A stretch of 64,000 bases of DNA from Felis catus. Its lineage: Eukaryota. The translations under genes were made by a program, and so were the position numbers. The stretch is from contig NC_058383.1 of assembly GCF_018350175.1 (NCBI RefSeq), positions 11,286,001 to 11,350,000 on the forward strand. The letters are read 5' to 3'. Shown here piece after piece: positions 36,548 to 48,879 of the stretch (position 1 is its first letter; every line of letters begins with the position of its first letter). The notes beneath the pieces were generated by a model. That model did not search any database. It was not told where the DNA came from and worked only from the letters and a program-made list of their open reading frames with translations.

Positions 36548-36756
36548 TTTAACATTTATTTTTCTTTTTGAAAGAGAGAGACAGAGTGTCAGTGGGGAAG
36601 GGGCAGAGAGAGAGAGAGGGAGACACAGAATCCGAAGCAGGCTCCAGGCTCCAAGTTGTCAGCACAGAGTCCGATGCAGGGCTCAAACCGACGAACTGTA
36701 AGATCATGACCCGAGCTGAAGTCGGACGCCCAGCCGACTGAGCCACCCAGGCGCCC
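36548..36756 (-). mobile_element. CanSINE
   Basis: SINEC in reverse. Confidence 0.94.
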
Positions 36757-36779
36757 TGGTGTTAAGATTAAAAAAAAAA

Positions 36780-36993
36780 TTTTTTTTTGACATTTATTTA
36801 TTATTGAGAGACAGAGAGAGACAGAGCATGAGCATGGGAGGGGCAGAGAGAGGAGGAGACACAGAATCTGAAGCAGGCTCCAGGCTCTGAGCTGTCAGCA
36901 CAGAGCCCAATGTGGGGCTCGAACCCATGAACCGTGAGATCATGACCCGAGCCAAAGACGGACGCTTAGCTGACTGGGCCACCCAGGTGCCCC
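36780..36993 (-). mobile_element. CanSINE
   Basis: SINEC in reverse, in tandem with the previous copy. Confidence 0.94.
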
Positions 36994-38033
36994 AGAATGA
37001 TTTTGTTTATATCTGCAAAAATCTTGCCAGATGCTGATAAGAATTATATTGAACCATTAGATCAATTTGCAGGGGAATTGACATCTTGCTGAGTCTTCAA
37101 TCCATGAACATAACATACCTTTCCCTTTATTTATATCTTCTTTGATTTCTTCCATTAATATTTATGTCCTATATATCTTGTTTTAGACTTATACTTAGGT
37201 ATATCATTTTGGGGAAGCACTTGTAAATAGTACTGTATGTTTAATTTCAGTTTCCATGTGTTGTTAGCATATATAACTGCATGTTGATTTGGTAGCTTGT
37301 GTCCTATGTAACGTCAGTTATTAATTCTGCGAGCTTAAAGACATTTTTTTTTTTTACAATCATGTCATCTGTACATAGGAACAGTTGTATTTCTTCCTTC
37401 TTGAATTACATGCCTTTTATTTGTTTTTCTTGCCTTATTGCACTGGCTAGGACTTCCAGTATTATATTGAATAAGGGTGGTGAGAGAAGCCATGCCTACT
37501 TTGTTCTTGATTTTAGAGAGAGAACATTCAGTCTTTTACCGTTAAGTGTACTGTATGTTGTAGGTTTTTTTTGTAGATACTCTTCATCAAGTCGAGGAAG
37601 TTCTCTTATATTGCTAGTTTACTGAGGGTCTTTATCATGAATGAGTGTCAGATTTTGGCAAATGGTTTTCTGCATCTATTGATATCATCATATAGTTTTT
37701 CTTCTTTAGCCTACTAACACAGTGGACTTACTGATTTTTAAATATCTAACCGGCCTTGTATCTCTGGAATAAACGCAACTTGGTTGTGGTGTATAATGAT
37801 TTTTATATATTGGTGAATTAATTTTCAATTGAGACATAACTGATACATTCACATTGTCTTAGTTTAGGTGTACGACCTGATGACTCAATATATGCGTGTA
37901 TTCCAAAATGTATATTGCTGAATTCTGCTTGCTGATTTTTGTTATGGATTTTGCATCTGTAATCCTGAGGAATATTGATCTGTAGTTTTCTTTTTTTGTG
38001 CATTTTGTAGCTGTATTTAATAGGAATGTACTC

Positions 38034-38256
38034 TTTTTTTTTAATTTTTTTTTCAACGTTTACTTATTTTTGGGACAGAGAGAGACAGAGCATGAATGGG
38101 GGAGGGGCAGAGAGAGAGGGAGACACAGAATCGGAAACAGGCTCCAGGCTCCGAGCCATCAGCCCAGAGCCTGACGCGGGGCTCGAACTCAGGGACCGCG
38201 AGATCATGACCTGGCTGAAGTCGGACGCTTAACCGACTGCGCCACCCAGGCGCCCC
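38034..38256 (-). mobile_element. CanSINE (young subfamily)
   Basis: Near-consensus; perfect TSD atgtactcttt. Confidence 0.97.
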
Positions 38257-38279
38257 ATGTACTCTTTATTTGAAGGGAA

Positions 38280-38430
38280 AAGTACTCAGAGAGCTTTAAA
38301 AAATCCTGATCTGCAGGGTATCTTTCAGAATAACTAAATCCAAATCTCTGAGGGTGGGACCTAGACACTCATATTGTTTTACAAACCCTCAGATGTTTCT
38401 AACGTGCAGCCAAACTTTGAGAATGCAAGA
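38280..38430. mobile_element. MER5-like hAT relic
   Basis: aatctctgagggtgggaccta...ttttacaaaccctcagatgtttctaacgtgcagccaaactttgagaa. Confidence 0.55.
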
Positions 38431-38584
38431 ACTAATTCACACAGAGATGTACATCATCGACCGGGGTCTCCGCAGATGATTCACAATATTGTCATTTAGT
38501 GCAGGGACCACTTCAGAGCAGTGGGCAGAGTCAAGGGAGGCCACAAGGGATGGGAGGCACTTGGGGCACTTTCTGGAAGCTCTT

Positions 38585-38811
38585 TTTAAAATTTTTATTT
38601 AAGAAAAAATTTTCAATGCTTACTTATTTTTGATAGAGACAGAATGCGAGTGGGTTAGGGGCAGAGAGAGAGGGAGACACAGAATCCGAAGCGGGCTCCA
38701 GGCTCCGAGCTGTCAACACAGAGCCCGACGCGGGGCTCGAACTCACGAACTGTGAGATCAGGACCTGAGCTGAAGTCGGTCGCTCAACCGACTGAGCCAC
38801 CCAGGTGCCCC
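38585..38811 (-). mobile_element. CanSINE
   Basis: SINEC in reverse; 17-bp TSD actttctggaagctctt; inside a possible LTR33-like relic (~38490-38870). Confidence 0.96.
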
Positions 38812-39189
38812 TACTTTCTGGAAGCTCTTACCACATCTAGGTCTGAAAGGGCAGGGATAGGATGGGGTTCCTGGATGCTGGGGGGTAGGGATGCCAGAGA
38901 CATTGCTGGGAAGCAGGGCAGGAGCAGGAGAGACCCCCCCAGCCTCCCTGTGCTCCTGTAATCAGATTTCCCAGCCTGTTCCCCCAAAGCGGGCCGATAC
39001 AAGGGGCATCTGAGAGATACTACTCAAGTGGCAGCAGCAGAAGAGCTCCCTCCCCCACAAGAAGAGCCAGCCAAAAAGGAGCAGAGAGTCGGTTTGGGGG
39101 CCCCACACTCCTTCCGAATATTTAGGTTGCCACCCAAACAGATTTTCAGCCTAGAACAGTGCTGTATCTGGCCCCTCAGCATGGGGACC

Positions 39190-39320
39190 ACCTGGGCAAA
39201 TCCTGCTGTGTCAGACATTCTGCGGTGGGGCCCCCCCCTGCTGACCTGTGTTTTCATAAGCTCCCCTCCCCTCTCCTCTCCAGGCCATGTTGATATGTGC
39301 CCCAGTTTGAGAACCAGCCT
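39190..39320. mobile_element. MER5-like relic
   Basis: ctgcggtgggcccc...ctgtgttttcataagctcc...cagtttgagaacca. Confidence 0.45.
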
Positions 39321-40679
39321 AGAACTTTGCAACGTCTGAGAATATGGGGGAAGCGTTTTGAGAATGGAGACAGATATGGTAGCCGGCTTGGTAAGGACGA
39401 CACGATGGCTCTAGAATACCGAGAGAAATAACGATACAGAGAGACGTCCCTTCCCGCCCCTTCTGCCTGCTTCCAGCTCCTCATTTTGGGCATCTTCCAG
39501 CAGTATCCTGACACTGTGGCCCAGCTCATCAGTGGGCTCAGTGTTTACCCTTAGAAATACAGATCCTCGGGCCCTGTCTCTGAATCTGCGATCCTGGGGC
39601 CCGGACGTCTCTATTTTTGTCGTTTCCCAGTGTTTCTGATGTAGGGGTTGATTGGAACAGCCCTGAGCTGGATGCTGTGTGGGGTCAACATGCATGACTG
39701 ACCATCTCCTCCGGGCCAGCGATCTTTATATGCGTCGTCTTGTTTTTGCTCTAACAGCCTTATGCACAGGCAACGATAGCCCCAGTCGGCGACTGAGGCG
39801 ACCAAGGCCAAGAGAAGGGCCGGCCTGGATAGGGTCACAATTGGTAGAGTGTTTTAAAAGTAGGGCCCCCAGACCTACTTTCCACCGCGTCATTTTGGCT
39901 GGGGGCTCCCCGCACCCCCGCTCCCCACCCCCTTTCCCTGCTGCCTGTCTGGCTGAGAGATGTTTGTCCTGTTCTGTCAAACTCTGGCCCTCTGCTCTCT
40001 GGAGACAAGCAATGGATGGCAAGACAGCCTTCCTTGGAGGGCCGTAACTACACAGCGAGAAGCAAAGCGGCCCCTCAGGAATATGCTCTGTTCACAGGAA
40101 CCTTTTTTTCTTATGGATTCTGCTATTAACACTTAAAGGGAGTTTTACTCTGGGGGGGAATTTGTCATGGAACAGACCTTGTTTGGGAGAGATCTTCTTC
40201 CTGAGTGCTGTCACGTTGCTGAGAGCGTGAGAGCCCCTCCTCTGGGCATCTGTCTTCCCGGGGCCGGGCTCTCCACATCTGTCGGAGCCCCCTACCCTGT
40301 CCTCAGGGTGTCACTAGCCTGCGGATTGAAGGGACTGGGTGCGGACCATGCGGGAATCTACAGCAGGGTGGTGGGCGGGGTGGGGGTGGGGCTTGTCCTC
40401 AACTTGGGATGGACACAGGGGGTCTGAGGTTCTTTCTCTCCCATCGTCCTGGCCCCGGCCGCGTCTCCTCTCCGTAGAAGTCTTTTGTTTCCTGGGACCC
40501 AGCAAAGGTGGGGTGGGGGAGGCTGGAGGGGAGAAGCAGGGGGAAGGAGGGGAGGGAGGAGGGTTTCAACATGCTCAGCTAGAAGCTCTCTTTCCCTTCT
40601 CCCTCCTCTGGGCCTGTCCTCTACCCCCACCCCCCCCAAGCTCCTTGTCCGCTCCCTGTTCATATGATTCGGCTCTGCC

Positions 40680-41423
40680 ACAGCTCTCCCAGACCAACTG
40701 GGTGTCTTACAATTCAGTTCAGTTCTGACGCTACCCACCCTGCAGACCCCACCAATTAAGGGTTCAACCCACAAAACTGTCTCCCTGCCTCCCCCCACCC
40801 CCCACATCAGACTTCTAGGGTACTCCCAAGCGGCCGATGCTTCTGCCTGGCTGACTGTAGATTCAGGGGCATTGCCAACACCCTCTCCCTACCACCCGGC
40901 TTGATAATTTGCCAGAACAACTCTCAGAATTCAGGAAAGCACTATACTTATGATTACAGTTCTGTTAGAAGGCTACAGCCCCTTGAACAGCGAAGCAGAA
41001 AAGATGTAGGGGGCAAAGGATGGGAGAGGAGGAGAGCCTCTGTGCCCTCTCGGGGCGAGCCACCCTCCCAGCCCACGGATACGTCCACCCGCCCGGATGA
41101 GCCTTCAGCCTTATTGGTTCAGGGTTTTTATCTGGGGTTTCCTCACATGGGCACGATCGATAGAATCACTGGCCACCTGACTAAACCCAACCTCCAGCTG
41201 CTCCACCTCCCCAGGGGTCAGGGGTGGGGCTGAAAGTTCCAGACCTTTACTGCGATTGGTTTTTCTGCAGCCCACTCTCCATCCTGAAGCTGTCGAGGGG
41301 CCCCTCCACCGTGAGTGGAAAGGGTCTTGTCATAAATAATAAAAGGCGCTCCTATCACTCAAGAATTCCTGAGTTTCTGAAGGCTGGGAACCAAGAACAA
41401 AGAGCTTTTCCGTTATGCCACAG
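40680..41423. mobile_element. MER21-like LTR (second copy)
   Basis: caactgggtgtcttacaattcagttcagttctgac...gataatttgccagaacaactctcagaattcaggaaagcactatactta; homologous to 6190-7580. Confidence 0.7.
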
Positions 41424-41519
41424 TCACGCGCCATGTTATCTCTGGGATCGTGGTGATTTGGAGTCAGCCCTGATTGTCCCCTCCAGGAGCCACGCTGTCA
41501 CTGCAGCCTGTTGGAGACC

Positions 41520-41720
41520 CACTCTGGGCAAGTGCTTCCATGTGGGGCTTTCCAGACACTGTGCCATTTAATCAGCAAAATGGTCTCATGCGAAGGGAAT
41601 CCCACTCATTTTGTCGTCAGGGAGACGGAGGTACAGTTTAGTGACTTTCCGAGGTCATGAAGCCAGCGAAAAGGGGGGCTGGGCCATGTCATTTTGAGTC
41701 AGGAGCCTTACTTCTTCATT
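41520..41720 (-). mobile_element. MIR
   Basis: catttaatc...ctcattttgtc...ggagacggaggtacag...agtgactttccgaggtca. Confidence 0.5.
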
Positions 41721-42324
41721 TCTGTATAGCCCACTTCCTATCTTTTTCTTTCGAAGGTGACTGGAGCTTTTAAAAGGGATACCGTACATAAGTTTCCCTG
41801 GATTCACATCTGTAATCCCACAGAGATGATTGAGCTGTGGACAAAGCAGGGCTGGAGACACATCCTAGAATGTCTCTTCAAGCAGGAGACAGAGCGTTCT
41901 TGGCTCTTCAAGTTGTTTCGGTGGATGAGAGAGCCACAGTCTTGGGCCGACCCAGGATTCTGAGTATGCCGTGGCTTTGATGCTCCTGCTTCTGGGGACC
42001 CAGACCTGCTTCCTTGAGGGTCTGGGTGGCAGCCGTGAGATCTCTGATGAAGTGAAGAGCTGGACAGGGTTAGACTCAGCGCTTTTGCCGCCCTCAGAGA
42101 CAGCATGGGTCTCATGGTGTGGTTTGGGGGTTTGGGGCCCTTTTCTTTCATGTGGTCTTCCAATCCAAATAACACATACCTATTCCTTGGAGCCTCAGAT
42201 TCCTTTTATCTGGGATAAAATGTCTTATTCCCTAGGAAGTCAGCTGAAAGAGGGAAGGAAACCCATTCATACTTAAAGACAATTGTCTGGAAGAAGATGT
42301 TCCATCCATTCCCTCATTTATGTT

Positions 42325-43195
42325 CTCAATTACTTACTAACTCACCCATCCATCCATCCATCCACCCATCCATCCATCCACCCATCCATCCATCTGCCCA
42401 TCCATCCACCCATGCAACCATCTGCCCGCCCATCCATCCATCCATCCATCCATCCATCCATCCATCCATCCACCCATCCACTCATCTGCCCATCCAACCA
42501 TCTGCCCATCCATCCATCCACCCATCCATCCATCCATCCACCCATCCACCCATCCACCCATCCACCCATCCATCCATCCACCCACCCATCCATCCACCCA
42601 CCCACCCACCCATCCACCCATTTAGCCATCTGCCCTTCCATCTGTCCATGCAACCATGCATCCATCCATCATCCATGCATCTGTCCATCTGTCCATCTGC
42701 CCATCCATCCATCCATCCATTCACCCATCCACCCATCTGCCCATCCAACCATCTGCCCATCCATCCATCCATCCATCCATCCATCCATCCATCCACCCAT
42801 CCATCCATCCACCCATGCAACCATCTGTCCTTCCATCCATCAGTCCACCCATGTAACCATCTGTCCATCCATCAATCCATCCATCCATCCATCCATCCAT
42901 CCATCCATCCATCCACCCACCCACCCACCCATCCACCCATGCAACCATCTGTCCATCCATCCGCCCATCCGCCCATCCGCCCATCCGCCCATCCGCCCAT
43001 CCGCCCATCCGCCCACCCATCCACCCATCCACCCATCCACCCATCCACCCATCCACCCATCCACCCATCCACCCACCCATCCACCCATTTAGCCATCTGC
43101 CCTTCTATCTGTCCATGCATCCATGCATCCATCCATCATCCATGCATCTGTCCATCTGCCCATCCATCCATCCATCCATGCATCCATCCATCCAG
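42325..43195. repeat. (TCCA)n-derived complex tetranucleotide array, ~870 bp
   Basis: catc/cacc/cgcc units; adjoins an L2 3' end (43195-43290). Confidence 0.96.
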
Positions 43196-43789
43196 CATTT
43201 TTTGAGCTCCTTGTGCACAGCTGGACCTCTGTCTGTGGTGACACGAGGAGGAGCAGGAGGGTCCCTGCGCTCTCAGAGATCATAGGAAGCAGCTGTGGGA
43301 AAGGTTTGTTCTGGCCTCCAGTGATCCCAGGCTCCAAAGAAGTCAGGCAAGGAGCAGCTGGAGCTCCCTGAGGTCAGTGCCGAGATCTGTGGCGGGAGAG
43401 CTTCCGTGGCCTTGGCTCAGGGGCTCTCTGCAAAGACACCACTACACCCCAGGGGGGATTGTGTCAGCTCTCTGGAGCTGGCAGCCTGACACCAAGATGG
43501 CATTTTGAGCAATGTGGGGAACGTGGCTCAGCAGATGAGAACAGCAGCTGGGGCCTGAGGCAGGTGGGGACAGAGAGGGGAGACATAGGCTGCTCCTCTT
43601 TCTTGAAGCTGAGGTCCAGAGGGAACCTTGACGGATCTGTGGACCTTCATTAGCCCTGTGTTCATCACTGTGAGAACGTAGCTGGGCATTAAACAGGTCA
43701 GAACCCCAGGATTTAGGGCTGAGAAAGATCTGGAGATGCCAGCTGACCTTGGAGGGGAGAAGGGAAGGGGGCTGCCTGTCTGTCATTGA

Positions 43790-44180
43790 TGCTGAATTCT
43801 CACAACGACCTAGGAGGTGAATATTATTTAAAAAATTTAAAAATTTTTAAATTTATTTTTGAGACAGAGAGCATGAGCAGGGGAGGGGCAGAGAGAGAGG
43901 GAGACACAGAATTCGAAGCAGGCTCCAGGCTCTGAGCTGTCGGCACAGAGCCTGACGCGGGGCTCGAACCCACAGACTGTGAGATCATGACCTGAGCTGA
44001 AGTCGAATGCTTAACCGACTGAGCCACCCAGGTGCCCAGGAGGTGAATATTATTATTATCATTACTGTTTTTCTTTTACAGAAGAGAAAACTAAGACCCA
44101 AAACCTTTAAATACTTTGCCCAAAGTTATATAATGAAGAAGGAGTGAAGCTGGGATTTGAACCCAGAAGGCCTGGCTTTC
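43790..44180 (-). mobile_element. MIR (interrupted by SINE)
   Basis: aattctcacaac...ttttacagaagagaaaactaagaccca...gctgggatttgaacccag. Confidence 0.7.
43829..44037 (-). mobile_element. CanSINE
   Basis: Perfect 17-bp TSD aggaggtgaatattatt (43812-43828, 44038-44054). Confidence 0.97.
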
Positions 44181-44399
44181 ATGTGTGAGATCCTTATATA
44201 GTCCCAAGATGCTATACTCAAGGTCATGAGTAACTTCTTCTATTTTCACACCTGTGAAGTGGGATTGCTGGCTTACAGGCTTGCTATGAGAATCAAGAAT
44301 GAAAAAGTAGCAAGACGGGGTAGTCCACCTGTGAGGCAGTGCTGGGTGGCTCACTGGGCCTCTGGTATGACTGATTCAAATCAATATCTCGGGAAAATT

Positions 44400-44590
44400 A
44401 CGTTTCCTGTGGCCCGGACCCTTGACACTCCTGGTCAACACTTCATTAACCCCTGGCAGTATCCCTACGTATACTGTTCCTCTGCCCATTTTGCAGATGA
44501 GGAAGCAGAATCTCCAAAGAGACACAGTTAGCAAGGGACAGAGCTGAGGCTCAAACCCAGATATGCACAAAGCCAAAGGTCTCAATGGGT
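44400..44590 (-). mobile_element. MIR
   Basis: cccattttgcagatgaggaagcaga...cagagctgaggctcaaacccag. Confidence 0.6.
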
Positions 44591-44759
44591 TTCTTCTGGC
44601 TGTTGGGTGCCACGGACACACCAGGTTCAAGGCACAGCACTTTCCCCTGGGGGTTTACGGTCTGCTGGTGGTCACAGCAGTGGGGTAACTGGAACCAGGT
44701 GGGAGAACACCTGCTCTGGAGACAGGTGCATCGGGCGCCCTGTGCAGGGAAGGGGGAGA

Positions 44760-45158
44760 GTTCACGGCACAGAGGGCTGGAGGTGAGGAGTGGCGGTGGG
44801 AGTGCCAGTGTCTCCTGCGAAATTTCTTTGCCTCTCCTACCTCCTAGAGGCCACCTATGTTCCCTGGCTTGTGACCTCTTCTTCCAGATTCACAGCCAGA
44901 AAGCATTTTCTCTCCTTTCGGATCTCTGCTCTGTCCTCATGCCTTCTCTCTCTCTGATGCTGCTCTTTCTGCTGCCCTCTTATAAAGACCCTGTGATTAC
45001 ATTAGACCCATGCGGATTATCAAGGATTATTCACCTCATTGCCAGATCCTTAATTTAATTGCAGCTGCAAAGTCCCTTTTGCCACGTAAGGTAACGTATT
45101 CATAAACCCTGGGGATGCATATGGATGTCTTCGTGGGGCCATATTCTGCCTCCCGCAG
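44760..45158 (-). mobile_element. MLT1C/D-type MaLR LTR
   Basis: ctcttataaagaccctgtgattacattagaccca...ctgcaaagtcccttttgccacgtaaggtaacgtattca...ggggccatattctgcctcccgca. Confidence 0.8.
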
Positions 45159-46229
45159 GTGGGAATGGGCAGTGCTGAGAGTTTTAGTCTGGAAGAAGTT
45201 TCAAAAAGCTGCTGTGGGACAAATAACTGGGACGTTACCAGCGCAGGGATGGCAAGGATATTTAATCCTGTGTGTTGTCGGCACCAGTCGGTCGGGTTCC
45301 TGGAGCTCTGCGATTGATTAGTGATGTCTGCCATGGACTCAGGGCCAAGAAAGGGTGGCATGCCCACCAGGAATCTGGCCTCCCGAATGTAGTTTAAACC
45401 GTTCCAATTGCCCATGAAGGTAAACAGGCCTGGAAAGGGAGAGTGCTCGTCTGAGGTCACACAGCTAGAGGCAAAGCTGGGACTAGTAGTGTGGCCCCCT
45501 GACCCGTGGTTCAGACATGGCCAGTCGGAAGCACTGGGTTACAATGTCGTCTTTAAGTCACTGCAGTGAGTTGAGGGGTCCCTGACTGTTGGGAAGAGGT
45601 GGGAGGGGCTCTGGATCCAGGGCAAGGAGTTGGCACGGAGGCTGGCTGGGAGTACAGTAGGGTGAACCTGGTCTAAGACTGGGACGTGAGTGACCGAAGC
45701 CAGCTGAAGGCTTGGAATCCTGGGGCTGTCTGCAGCTGTTGGTTAAAGCTTGGGGAAGGTCAGAGAAAATAAGGTCTGAGCCAGAGACGGAGGCTCAAGG
45801 ACCAGGCGCTAGGAGCCAGGGTCAGGTGTGGAATTTGGAATTTCTTTCACCCAGGGCTGGCAAACGTGTTTCATCTTGCTTGCTTTCTGTGATCGATTTA
45901 CAGTGGCTGCCGAATGTGACGATGAGGCCATATCTTAGCTCCGAGGGAAAATTCCCAAGATTGATTAGCAATGCCTGTCATGAGCACAGAAATGGGTGAG
46001 ATGGTATATGTATGCCAGTTATTTGCCGTTCCTACACAACAGTTTATTTATCTGGATGAAGCCAGGTCACAAAGAGCCTTGAAGGCAGGTTGGAAAAGAA
46101 ATAGGGTCATAAAGGGCAAAATGCTACCCGAATAGCTGAAAGAAGGTGGCTAGTTCTACAGCAGCAAGGAGGGGTGGAGGCTCAGCCTTTTGTAACAAGT
46201 CAGGGTAATGTTCACTCTCTAATGGGGAC

Positions 46230-46318
46230 TCATCCTGTTTCCCACAAAGTGATGAGCCCAGAGACATCAACTATCACATGATAAATGCTTGTTGAATGAA
46301 CGAACGAATGAATGAATT
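46230..46318 (+). mobile_element. L2 3' tail
   Basis: ataaatgcttgttgaatgaacgaacgaatgaatgaat. Confidence 0.55.
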
Positions 46319-46869
46319 TATTCCATATAAACTCAGGACCGTATTTCACGGGCACAAACATGTAATTTTGAATGTGCACTTCTGGGGAGAATGGAGTAGA
46401 TTGTGGCAGGTGAACAATATTGCTAAGAACAACAAGAAAAGTTAGGAGAAACACAAAACTGTGTTTAAAGGGAACTATGGAAGCAACCAGGAACAGAGAG
46501 GCAGGGACTCTGGAGGGTAGAGACGGCAGGTGAACTAAAGATTTGCAGCCACTTTTCCCCTTGGGCATTTGCCAGTTCTTGGGTTCGTGCAAGAAGCTGC
46601 TAACCCAGGCTTTGCTGCTGGGAGCTGAGAAACCAAGAGCCTGGCCACCTTCTGTGCACAAAGTGCACTTCCTCTCAAGTCAGGGGGAAAAGAGAGGGCC
46701 TAGAATTTGCCCAGTGACTAGCACACGGAGGACTTTCAACAGGAGTTTGAATCCACGCCTCGCGGGCCTGTTTGCGAGAAAGAGCCCTCCACCCTGTCCC
46801 CCATTTCTTTGAGTTCCACTTTGCTCCAATCTTTGTAGCTGTTTCTGGAACAAGGCTGCATGATTTGGT

Positions 46870-47172
<303 letters not shown>

Positions 47173-47938
47173 TGTTAAGTTAAAATGAATTAAAAATTCA
47201 TGTTGTTTCCTGGAGTATTTGGAGAATTTCACAACATCCCCAGGAGATAATTGGTGTCTCCCCAGGGAACCACCAGGCGCAGGCTGGGAATGATGGTATA
47301 AATCACTTCAGTGCCAACAGCAGCTTTAATTAAGTTTTTCCAGAATCAGATGCTTATTTCACTGAAAAGTACTGGGCTTTGTTGACAAGTGACATGTAAC
47401 ATTTAATTCTCCAGGGATTTTTTTTTTAAATCATCAGAAAACATCTTTGTGGAGACCTGGTCTCCACATTAATTAATCAGCCAGGCAGAGGGGGCCCGGT
47501 TCCTGCAGGTGGGGGACACAGAGGGGGTGGGACTTGGCCTCCGGGAGAGGCAGGAGGCAGGAGGCCTCCCAGGGATCCTCTTGCCCCTCCCCTCTGCCCT
47601 GGGAGGTAGGTGCCAGTGTCCCCATTTTGCGGAGAAGACTGAGGTTCCGGAATCCTCGGGAATTAGGATGCTCTCACGCAGCCCGTAAACCGCAAAGCCA
47701 GCTTCTTCCTGCTTCCCAGAGGGCACGTTCCCCCACGACCTCACGGTCATCCTGGGTTCCTCAAGGGTTTCCCATCCACTTGGGGACATAAGTCCCCCAC
47801 ACAGCAGAAACACGCAGGCATGGATCCAGGTTATTACCGGCCCCAATTTCCGGAATCGGGGGACCCTCGCTCACCAAGCACCAGGTTTCCGGGGCCCCAC
47901 AGGGGAGGGAGAGGGAAGCCTGTTAAAACCAGGAAAGA

Positions 47939-48133
47939 GGAGTGCCTGGGTGGCTCAGTCAGTTAAGCGTCTGACCCTTGGTTTCAGGTTTTGTGAGTTT
48001 GATCCCCTCGTGGGGCTCTGCACTGACAGGGCGGAGCCCGCTTGGGATTCTCTGTCTCCCTCTCTCTCTGCCCCTCCCCAACTCGCGCTGTCTCTGTGTC
48101 TCTCAAAATAAGTACATCAACTTAAAAATAAAT
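47939..48133 (+). mobile_element. CanSINE
   Basis: Head gtgcctgggtggctcagtcagttaagcg; TSD aaaaccagg(a/g)aagag. Confidence 0.93.
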
Positions 48134-48879
48134 AAAACCAGGGAAGAGATGAGGGCAGAGTCCTGGGTCAGATGCCACGTTGCCCCCCTTTCTCTTTTGT
48201 GGCTGGAAAGACACTGGGAAGGAAGCCTGGACAGATGGGTTCTAGTCCTACCTCAGCTATGACCTTAGCATGGCCTTGGCTGACCCCTTGCCCCAGCCTT
48301 AGAGCCTCTGAAACAGGGTTTCCCACAGAGTATCCTCTTCCCGGGAGAGGCTGCGAATCTGTGATTCTGGGGATTCACTTGACTCATTAGTACTACAGAT
48401 CCCACCAGGAACCCCTTGACAGAGCTCCAAATGTCCAGAGACATTCGTGGCACCTGCTTGTGTGGTGTGGCACTGACCTGTCATTCTGTGCCTTCACTCC
48501 ACACTCCACTGGCAATTTGAACAGGAGACTCCAGAGCCTAAGCCCAGAGCCTTAAGTGCTGGCTGGCATCGGGATTGCTGGGGGAGCTGTTTCAAATCAC
48601 AGATGCACAGGCCCGCCCGAGCCCGGGGATGTATTTCGTGGCCCATTGGGTTCCCTGTTCTCTCTCACAAAGTAGTACTTGGACTGTTTTCTCTAAGTGG
48701 TGGAGAGATGCAGACCAGCCCCTGCCCCCAAACTGGGTGCACTGCTCAGAGAAAGTATTCAGGACCACAGAGAGAGACTGGAGGTACTGGGCTCTGTCAC
48801 TGATTTCTCGGAGCCCTTTGAACAAACCACTGGAGGCAAGATCCATCCCTCTATTTCACCAGGGAGACCTGCTCTTCTC

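Larger units (their letters stand above)
35935..38000 (-). mobile_element. Old L1M ORF2/3' fragment (interrupted by two SINEs and a short L1 tail at ~37815-37910)
   Basis: T-rich reverse-complement L1: tccagttgtttcaataccatttgttg...gggaattgacatctt...gccttattgcactggctaggacttccagt...aatggttttctgcatctattga. Confidence 0.85.

Noticed and set aside
42283..43205. 269- and 302-aa His/Pro-rich ORFs and their reverse Gly/Trp ORFs
   Set aside because: Translations of the (TCCA)n array, open in several frames.
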